The translations under genes were made by a program, and so were the position numbers. From NCBI GenBank assembly GCA_918797485.1, contig CAKKNE010000002.1:3844001-3908000 (forward strand): a DNA stretch of 64,000 nucleotides, given 5' to 3'. Position 1 is the first letter of the stretch. The number at the start of each line of letters is the position of its first letter. Positions 50,346-58,107 of the stretch are shown one piece after another. Origin of the DNA: Pelagomonas calceolata. Its lineage: Eukaryota. Below the pieces are notes generated by a model. It worked only from the letters and a program-made list of their open reading frames with translations. It was not told the DNA's origin and searched no databases.

Positions 50346-50485
50346 CCTTGTTCTGTCTGTACTCATCCGTGCGCCCCGCACGGCACGCGCGCAGACATGG
50401 TGGGTCCAGCTCATAATTTGCAATTGACGTGCCGTCGTCTTGTCAGAACAGCCACGCAAGGCAGCCCACGCACGCGAACACAACC

Positions 50486-51172
50486 ATGCGGCTGCTCCCA
50501 TGCGTCCTCGCCACTGCGGCCGCAGCCAACGTTGACTGGGAGAGCATGCACCCCACCCCAGCACCAACCCCAAACACGCTGCCCGCGGCCGCCGGCGAGA
50601 CAGTCACGTTCACCTGGACTGACACGCACGACGTTTGGCTGATGCCGGACCAGGCCGCCTACGATTCGTGCACCTTCACCAGCGCCACGGAGATTCACTC
50701 GACGTCGGTGAAGACCGGGGACGTGGCCGGGCTCGGCGAGACCAAGTACTACGCGTGCCACGTCGGCAGCCACTGCGAAAGCGGCCAAAAAATCGCGATC
50801 ACCTGGGCCGGCACCGCCACGCCGGCGCCGACGCCTGCGCCCGGAAGCCCGACGCCCAGGCCGACGGCCTGCCCCGAAGCCCACGATCACTCGGACCACG
50901 ACCACAGCAGGCGCCTCTCGATGACGTACGCCGGCGCCTGCCAAGACGGAGGCAACTACCCGCTCTACGCGACCGAGGCCGAGGCGAAGGCCGTCGACGG
51001 GAGCGACGGAACGGCGCACCAGATGGGCAACTACTGGATGCCCAACTGCCTCGAGCACTTTTACCACGGCGACTACTCGGGCGACGCGCCGACGTGCGGC
51101 GCCACGGAGTCCGACGCGGCAAGTACCTTAGGCGTCGGCGCGCTCGCCGCGCTCGCCGCCGCGCTGGTCTAG
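50486..51172 (+). CDS. Phytocyanin/stellacyanin-type blue copper protein with His-rich linker, extra small domain and GPI-like tail
   Basis: Signal peptide; GETVTFTW..HDV, YDSC, YYACHVGSHCESGQKIAI; hydrophobic C-terminus. Confidence 0.85.
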   Translation: MRLLPCVLATAAAANVDWESMHPTPAPTPNTLPAAAGETVTFTWTDTHDVWLMPDQAAYDSCTFTSATEIHSTSVKTGDVAGLGETKYYACHVGSHCESGQKIAITWAGTATPAPTPAPGSPTPRPTACPEAHDHSDHDHSRRLSMTYAGACQDGGNYPLYATEAEAKAVDGSDGTAHQMGNYWMPNCLEHFYHGDYSGDAPTCGATESDAASTLGVGALAALAAALV

Positions 51173-51231
51173 GACCACGCCCCTCGCTCAATATCGCTTG
51201 TAAGTCTATTTATTTTGAAACACAAGTTAGT

Positions 51232-52425
51232 TTAGCGCATGGTCCGCGCCGCGCACGCCTCGAGGCCCTTCCGCTGGCGCGCCCGCTCCCCGTCGAAGGC
51301 CGTCAGGAAACTCCGGAAGGCGTCCACGGCTCTATCTTCCGAGTCGTCGCCGGCCGGCGTCTCCGTGACCGTGGGCGCGAAGCGCACGCTCCGCGGCCGC
51401 GGCGCCTTGGCCGGCGCGGGCCACCACATGTCGTCGTCGTCGTCGTCGGACTCGTCGAAGGCGGGACGGGAGGCGCCCCAGGCCACGGGCGGCGCGTCGT
51501 CCGCCGCGGGCGTCTTCGGCCCGGATAGCGGCGCCGCGGGCGTCTGCGGTCCGAGCGGCGACACGGCGTTTGATCTATGGTAGGGCGTCCCGTTGGCGCC
51601 GTGCCAGGAGCCCCAGTCCCAGGCCGACGGCTCGGAGCCGGCGGGCGCCGGCGGCGCGACCGCGGCCGAGAAAGACGCGTGCTTCTTCGGCGAGAGGTCG
51701 AAGCTGACCCGTTTTGATGGCGAGACGCCCGGCGTCCGGAACCCGCCCGGCGTCATGCCCGCGGGGGCTCTTTCGGTAGCGTCCGGCCGCAGCGGTTGGA
51801 GGGGCGGCGGCCGCAACGACCTCTGAGGTGATAATTCTTCAATCAACCCGCTCATGATTTTTTTGAGGTTCGGGTCGTCCAACGACGCGAGCTGCTGCTT
51901 CGCTTGGGAGAGTAGAGCCTCCTTCGGCGAGGCATTCTGGGCCCGTCTCTCAGCTCTATACTTGCGCATGCCCTCCATCGCCTCCCGTTGCGCGGGGTGG
52001 AGCATCTTGTCCCAGTAGTCTCCTTTCTGTTTGCCGGCCATACGCTTCCTCTTATCGATAAGAGCCTGCTTGTTCTGCTTGTCGTACGTGTGGGCGGCCC
52101 GCTTGTACTTTGGGACGACCTCGGGACTATGCTTCGCCGCCGCCTGCCGCAGATCCTGCAGCGCCGCCTCGAGGTGGTTCGGGTACTTTTGGGCGTGGGG
52201 CTGCGCGTCCCAGGTCGGTTTGATGCGAGGCAGGGCGCGCTGCGGGCTCCGGCCGCGGCCGCGGCCGCGGCCGCGCCGCGGCGGCTGGCGTCTTTTTTTT
52301 CTCCGTTCGGGCGACGCGACGTACTGCTTCGACCAGGGCGGGCACTGGGCCTTGGCGCTGGGCTGCGGCGCCGTCGGCACGGCGTAGAGCTCGGCCGTGG
52401 TGGGCCTGCCCTGGTTGTAAGCCAT
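51232..52425 (-). CDS. Hypothetical low-complexity protein
   Basis: Long ORF, probable ATG at 52425; no motif recognised. Confidence 0.6.
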   Translation of the reverse strand: MAYNQGRPTTAELYAVPTAPQPSAKAQCPPWSKQYVASPERRKKRRQPPRRGRGRGRGRSPQRALPRIKPTWDAQPHAQKYPNHLEAALQDLRQAAAKHSPEVVPKYKRAAHTYDKQNKQALIDKRKRMAGKQKGDYWDKMLHPAQREAMEGMRKYRAERRAQNASPKEALLSQAKQQLASLDDPNLKKIMSGLIEELSPQRSLRPPPLQPLRPDATERAPAGMTPGGFRTPGVSPSKRVSFDLSPKKHASFSAAVAPPAPAGSEPSAWDWGSWHGANGTPYHRSNAVSPLGPQTPAAPLSGPKTPAADDAPPVAWGASRPAFDESDDDDDDMWWPAPAKAPRPRSVRFAPTVTETPAGDDSEDRAVDAFRSFLTAFDGERARQRKGLEACAARTMR

Positions 52426-52864
52426 GCCTATCGATGCCGCACGGCTGCCCGATTCATGCACTTCAGTAGGAACGGATCCGCCGTCTCATGTTGAATCGTC
52501 TCGTCGCCATTTCATGCGTGAACGCGCGGCGCCTGCATGCAGCGCGGCCAACCGATGCCCGTACCTTCCGGAAGCCCGCGAGAGCAGACGCGTGGCTCGC
52601 GAGGCGTCGGAGGAGCGCGCTGAAATCGCTGGAGAGCGGAATAGTAGAAGCTAGGAGAAAACGTGCGGGTTTGGAGTTTCTGCGGCTATTTTGCGCTCTG
52701 ACCCGATTTGTGGGCCACCAGGGGACCCGGGGCGCCCGCCAGCCGCTGCGCGCTCTAGCTGTGACCCCGACAGCGGCTGCTGTGCGAAAAACCGGTATTA
52801 AAATGGCCCGCGGTGTGGCCCGCCGGTGACAATAACCGAGACTTTCTAAGTTGCACGCAGCGAC

Positions 52865-54061
52865 ATGGCTTCCCTCCTCCCTCCCACATTAGCCCCGGCC
52901 ACGGCGCCGCCCGCGGAACGCCAGCACTCGGCGCTTGTCCTAGAGGAGCGCTTGAGGGCCATCGACGAGGGCGCCGCTCTAGATGATCGCGGCCTCGCCC
53001 CGATCCAAGAAGCGTCGACGCCCTCGAACTCCGAAACTGGAAGTTCACGAAGTTTACCGTCGCACCAGGAGGACACGAATCAAAGTGAAGGACTCCCGGA
53101 GCGCGAGGGGAGTCTGTGCCGGGGCTGCTTTGGGCGGGAAAAACCGGAGCCCCCCGCGGTCGACGCGCACGACCGGCCCCTCCGGAGAGATAGGAGGGAG
53201 ATCCCGGATGATTTGGCCTCACTCCCGATCCGGGAAGCGAAGGAACGGTTGCTCGAAGCCTTACGCGAGGACGACGAGCCGCGGAGCGCGGGCGTCGTCC
53301 AGCGCGCCTCCACATTAGCTAGAGAGGCGTTGAAGGATTCCCAGGGCGACTCGAAGACGGACCCCGCGAAGCAGGCTTGTGGGCGGTGGCGCGCTTTGAC
53401 AAGGGCGGAGTTCCCCGGCGCCGTCGGCAAGAACGAGCGCGGCGAGTACGAGTACGCGCTCGGGCGCATGTCCTTCGGTTTGTTCGACCCGGCGGATGTC
53501 GTCGTCGCCGTCGAGGACTGCGCGAATGTCATCGAGGTGCCGCGGACGAGACCGGTGGTGCCCAAAGCTCTAGTGGACGCTCGTATACGCGCTAGAAAGC
53601 CGCCCGTCGACGCTTCTGCTATAAGGTCCTACGACGTCGAGACGCGGTTTGTGGTGAGCGACCGGCGAGGGGCTGGTTTGAGAGGCCGCTTGTTGACGAA
53701 GGGGTTTTGTGTGGCGGCGCCGCGCGGCGCCCAAGCCCCGGACGCCGGTTCTCGTTTAGACGTGTGGTTCGTCGGCGGCACGGTCGAACCCATCTCCGAC
53801 GACCCCGACCAGCTCCAGCGGTGGGAGGCGCTGTTCGGGGCCTCGGCGTTGCCGCCGCCGCCCTTACTGAAACGCGCGACGCGGTGGCTCCTGAAGGTGG
53901 CTTTAGGAATTGAGCTCGCCCCACCAACCGTCCAGGGCTTGCAAGCGTACGCCGTCGCGAAACCGATGCTGGGCTTCGTGGACGTGCTCTACGCCGACGA
54001 CGGCCTCCGCGTGACGCGCGGCAACCGCGGCAGCCTCGTCGTGACGCAGCGCGTCCGGTAG
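52865..54061 (+). CDS. PAP/fibrillin-like (lipocalin fold) protein
   Basis: GRWRAL; YALGRMSFGLF; VDVLYADDGLRVTRGNRGSLVV. Confidence 0.7.
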   Translation: MASLLPPTLAPATAPPAERQHSALVLEERLRAIDEGAALDDRGLAPIQEASTPSNSETGSSRSLPSHQEDTNQSEGLPEREGSLCRGCFGREKPEPPAVDAHDRPLRRDRREIPDDLASLPIREAKERLLEALREDDEPRSAGVVQRASTLAREALKDSQGDSKTDPAKQACGRWRALTRAEFPGAVGKNERGEYEYALGRMSFGLFDPADVVVAVEDCANVIEVPRTRPVVPKALVDARIRARKPPVDASAIRSYDVETRFVVSDRRGAGLRGRLLTKGFCVAAPRGAQAPDAGSRLDVWFVGGTVEPISDDPDQLQRWEALFGASALPPPPLLKRATRWLLKVALGIELAPPTVQGLQAYAVAKPMLGFVDVLYADDGLRVTRGNRGSLVVTQRVR

Positions 54062-54109
54062 GATCCGCGCGAGTTCATTTTCCACGCGGGGCCTAAGGCG
54101 GTGTCCATA

Positions 54110-54895
54110 CTAGTAGTTACTCGTGCGCGCGGCCAGCCTTGCTTCTTCGTCCGCCAGCGCTCTCCGACGCGCCTCGGCCATCTCCTCCGCCAGCGCCCCC
54201 GAGGCCTGAGGATAGGACGGCTTCTGGAGCCCTCGCACGTCTCCCCCAGTAAGGATGTCGTAGCCCGCCCGCGACCCGCCGTTCTTCAGGAGGTTGGACG
54301 ACCGCACCGCCGCGCGGTACCGCACCTTGTCGTCGTGGTAGCGTAGGCGCTCGCCGTCCAAACTGTCATGATATTGCAGGGTGACCATGTCAAACGGCAC
54401 AGAAGACGCGTTCCGCTTGGCCTTGATGCCCGCCTGGCGCTCGGCGAGCCAGTTCGCCTCCTCGTTCGCTTTTTCCTGCTGGATGCGGGCCCAGCGCTGC
54501 TCCTCCGCCTTGGCCCTTTCTAGACGTGTATGCTCCCTCCGCAAATAATCCTGCTTGATTTTCGCGTCCCGCCTCAGCTTGTCCTCGCCCGCGACGTCCG
54601 TGTGGAACCGGTCCGAGTCGGCCATGAAGCCGGCCGCGTCCGGTCTCGGTACGACTAACCCGTCACTCGTGTCCGGGGCGTTTTCTCGATACATTTTAGC
54701 AGCTAATCCGGTGCGCTTCATCAGTCTGTCTTTCTCTAGAGCTACTTTATCTCTTAAAGCGGCTCTTTCTTGGCGCGTCTTGGGCTTGATGTTGCGGAAG
54801 GGGCTCGACGTCGGGCTGGCTGCTAGGATTGGCTGGGCCGGCGGCGTCGCGGGGCTCGTGTAGACCTTGGGCGTCCGGTGGGGCGAGCCCTCCAT
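54110..54895 (-). CDS. Hypothetical coiled-coil protein, possibly ciliary
   Basis: 261-aa ORF; VPFDMVTLQY and GYDILTG resemble short axonemal-type motifs (weak). Confidence 0.6.
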   Translation of the reverse strand: MEGSPHRTPKVYTSPATPPAQPILAASPTSSPFRNIKPKTRQERAALRDKVALEKDRLMKRTGLAAKMYRENAPDTSDGLVVPRPDAAGFMADSDRFHTDVAGEDKLRRDAKIKQDYLRREHTRLERAKAEEQRWARIQQEKANEEANWLAERQAGIKAKRNASSVPFDMVTLQYHDSLDGERLRYHDDKVRYRAAVRSSNLLKNGGSRAGYDILTGGDVRGLQKPSYPQASGALAEEMAEARRRALADEEARLAARTSNY

Positions 54896-55190
54896 GGTGG
54901 TCCTGGGGCAGCCCCTCTGGGCAGCTTGCGAGTCGTTCTAGGGCGGGGTGGGGCAGCCCGGGGCAGCTTTGCGAGGCGTCCCTTTTCGGATCGGGCGGGG
55001 TGGCGTAAGGGCCACAGAGCCTGTCGATGGCGTTACTTGTCGGAGAGCAAAATTCCTAGTGCATCTCTCATCTAGCGTCGTGTCGAGGCCCGGGCCGCGC
55101 GGCGTGCAGTGCTGCCCCGACCAGCCGCAGCAATGCACCGGTGACGCCCTACTATGGCCGCGGGCAGCCCGCGCTAGTTTTACAGCAGCC

Positions 55191-56750
55191 ATGCGCATCG
55201 GGCTGGCATTCGTGCTCCTCCTCGGCACGAGGGCCCAGCTCGAAATCCGAGTCGACGACCGCACCGTTATATATAATGGCGGCGCGAACTACACCGCTTC
55301 ACTTCAATTCTGCGACCAGCACAACATTCCGGACGCGGACGCGTGCGCGTGGGATATACTGCAAACGAGCGGCGCCACCAATGGCCAACTGATCCAGGAG
55401 GCCTGGGCTTTATTACCAGACGCCTACGTTGACGTGAAACAAGCGCGCGCCACCGTATCCGAGCTGCAACGGCGCGTCTCCTCGTTGACACCGTTCGCGC
55501 TCGACGATGATAGCGTGCCCGTCCTCCAGCCGCACTGGCGGCTGGCCTTCTCCGGCGGTACTGGTGATGAAGTCTCGTCCATTTTACGAGGCTGGGGCCG
55601 CCTCTATTCGCATGCTTTGTTCCATGCGCTCGCGGAGCCTCACGTACGTCGCAGCAGACCTAAGGTTGGGTTCGCGTCCTCTTGGTTCTGCAACTCCGCT
55701 ATTGGGCGGCTGTACACGGGATTACTGGAAAAGATCGATAAATCAAAGTTCGACGTCTACGTCTTCCACGTGCGGGAGCCCTCCGGGCGTTTAAAAAGAG
55801 ACTTCTTCACGGACGCCATCGACGCGGTGAGTACTTCACAAGTGCTACCGAGGGATTTGAGTGAAGCCCGGGCCATCATCGCCTCAAGTCAATTGGATAT
55901 TCTGGTGTTTACGGACATTGGGATGGAGCCTTTTACTTATGCTCTAGCTTTCAGTCGGTTCGCCCCGATACAATGCGTCTTCTGGGGCCACCCGACGACG
56001 TCCGGTATTCCCGGCCACGCGATTGATTATTACGTCGTCATGGACGCCGCCGAGGACGACCGAGGGTATTCTAGATATGCGGAGCAATTAGTACGATTAG
56101 ATACATTAGGAGCGTTCTACTTCAGTAACGAGAGCGGCCAGTACCGTCCTTCGAAAAAACGCGAGGACTATGCGCAGGAAATGGATTTGCCTTCTTCAGG
56201 ACATATCTACGCGATCCCGCAGCACTGCCTCAAGTTCCATCCAATGTTCGACGAGGCTTTGGTGAAAATTCTCGCGTTGGATCGGGACGCGATACTCGTC
56301 GTCAAGAACTGCAGTACGTCCATAAGAGTGGAGGAGCGTCTCGCGAAAAGCATTGATATTAGTGGAAGAATCATCCGCGTCCCGCAGCTCTCGCTCCAAG
56401 ATTATGTGAGGCTCTTCGGCGGGTCGCAAGTCGCGCTCGAGACCTTCCCCTTTGGGGGGTCCATTACCTCGTTAGATGCGTTCGAGGGAGGCACGCCCGT
56501 CGTTTCTATGAAACAATTCCGAGGAAGGCCGGCGCTGACTGTCGCGCTCTACGACATCATGGACGTATCCTGCTGCGTAGCAGATGGAATAGACGACTAC
56601 GTCCAAAGGGCCGTGCGCATCGCGTCGGATCCTTCCCTCCGGTCATCGATCCGCTCTTCATTGGATGCGGCGCGCTTCCGCCTCTACGAGTCCATTGACG
56701 CCGTGTTGGAGATCGAGGCCTTCTTCTCCAGAAGTCTTAAGTTGTTATAA
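55191..56750 (+). CDS. GT41 (OGT/SPINDLY/HMW1C-like) glycosyltransferase catalytic region with signal peptide and no TPRs
   Basis: LDILVFTDIGM, RFAPIQCVFWGHPTTSG, IDYY, KFHP, ETFPFGGSITSLDA..GTPVV. Confidence 0.85.
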   Translation: MRIGLAFVLLLGTRAQLEIRVDDRTVIYNGGANYTASLQFCDQHNIPDADACAWDILQTSGATNGQLIQEAWALLPDAYVDVKQARATVSELQRRVSSLTPFALDDDSVPVLQPHWRLAFSGGTGDEVSSILRGWGRLYSHALFHALAEPHVRRSRPKVGFASSWFCNSAIGRLYTGLLEKIDKSKFDVYVFHVREPSGRLKRDFFTDAIDAVSTSQVLPRDLSEARAIIASSQLDILVFTDIGMEPFTYALAFSRFAPIQCVFWGHPTTSGIPGHAIDYYVVMDAAEDDRGYSRYAEQLVRLDTLGAFYFSNESGQYRPSKKREDYAQEMDLPSSGHIYAIPQHCLKFHPMFDEALVKILALDRDAILVVKNCSTSIRVEERLAKSIDISGRIIRVPQLSLQDYVRLFGGSQVALETFPFGGSITSLDAFEGGTPVVSMKQFRGRPALTVALYDIMDVSCCVADGIDDYVQRAVRIASDPSLRSSIRSSLDAARFRLYESIDAVLEIEAFFSRSLKLL

Positions 56751-56761
56751 CATTACGCGCC

Positions 56762-57754
56762 TTACGAGAGCGCGAGAAAAGCCAAAGCCCCGAGCCCCAA
56801 CACCCCAGCGGCCACCGCGGGCACGTTCACGCCACTCCCGTCTTCGAGCAGATCCTTCTTCTTGGAAGGCGCCTTCCGCGTCTCCCGCTTGCCGTAGACG
56901 ACGAAGAACGGGTTCAGCGGGTGCTCCTTCCCGTAGACCACGGGCTTTCCCGCGTCGCACGCTTTCCCCCCATCAAACTGCAGCACCTCGCCGCCGGCGC
57001 ACTCGACGATGGCCTGGGCCGCGCACGTGTCCCACTCGGACGTCGGCGCCAGCCGCGGGTACACGTGCGCGGCGCCCTCCGCGACCATCAGCAGTTTGAG
57101 AGAGGACCCTTTCGACAGCCGCTTGCAGTCCTTGTACTTCCCGATGAACGCTTCGGTTTCCTCCGAGCCGTGCGACGCGCTCGCGACGATGGTTAGGCCG
57201 GCGTCGGACTCGTCGAACGTTTTGCAGAAGATCGATTTATACGAATCATAGCCCAGGGGGTCGTCGATTTCTCGAACAGGCGGGCCCAGGCCCTTGACGC
57301 CCTTGTACATCACGGGACCGTCAGCGGCTGCAGGGACGTAGACGACACCCGCGAGAGGCGAATCGCCCGCAACGAGTCCAATGTTCACGGTAAATTGCCC
57401 ATTCCGCTTGATGAACTCCTTCGTCCCATCCAACGGATCGACGCACCAGAAGTGCGTCCATTCATTTCTCTCCTCATGAGATGGGATCGGGTCCTCCTCG
57501 GACACGATCGGGATGCGCGGGTACTTCTTCCGTAGCGCGTCGCAAATAATTTTGTTGGCCGTCGTGTCCGCCTTCGTCAGCGGGCTGCCGTCGGCCTTGA
57601 AGTCGGCGATCTTCTTCCAGTCCGCCTCGCTCGTGCCATTGTAGATGGCCATAATAGCATCACCAGCTTCCTTGGCAATGGCGGCGACGTCATCTATGAC
57701 AATATCCGTGGCGCCGGCCTTGAAGCGGCCGAAGGTGCTGTTATCCGCCTTCAT
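56762..57754 (-). CDS. cysQ: 3'(2'),5'-bisphosphate nucleotidase, CysQ-type, with C-terminal hydrophobic tail
   Basis: KADGSPLTKAD, IVSEE, VDPLDGTKEFIKRNGQFTVNI, GSSLK, YPRLAPTSEWDTCAAQ. Confidence 0.92.
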   Translation of the reverse strand: MKADNSTFGRFKAGATDIVIDDVAAIAKEAGDAIMAIYNGTSEADWKKIADFKADGSPLTKADTTANKIICDALRKKYPRIPIVSEEDPIPSHEERNEWTHFWCVDPLDGTKEFIKRNGQFTVNIGLVAGDSPLAGVVYVPAAADGPVMYKGVKGLGPPVREIDDPLGYDSYKSIFCKTFDESDAGLTIVASASHGSEETEAFIGKYKDCKRLSKGSSLKLLMVAEGAAHVYPRLAPTSEWDTCAAQAIVECAGGEVLQFDGGKACDAGKPVVYGKEHPLNPFFVVYGKRETRKAPSKKKDLLEDGSGVNVPAVAAGVLGLGALAFLALS

Positions 57755-58107
57755 CGCGCTGCGTTTGTGTGTTATCCTTCGATTGCGCAGAGATGTGGCC
57801 TCTCGACATCTCGATCGAAAATGGAACGAGGGCGCGGGGGCAGCCTCATCTACTTTCCGGCGAGGCGTCTTCACCATCGCTCATGGAGAGGAATGATGCG
57901 CGTTCATCAAATTGGTCGGGTTCAGCGGCGCGCGGCGCGCCCAAGCTCGCCTCGCATTGTATCGCACTGCCAGCGCCGGAGCGCGTCCGGGCAGCGCCTC
58001 CGGGCAGCGTTACGTGTGCCGCGTGTCGCCACGGGCACACCAACCCAACGTGCGACGCCACAGGGCAGCTTGGAAAGAGAGCCGCAGGGCAGCCCTCGGA
58101 AACAGCC

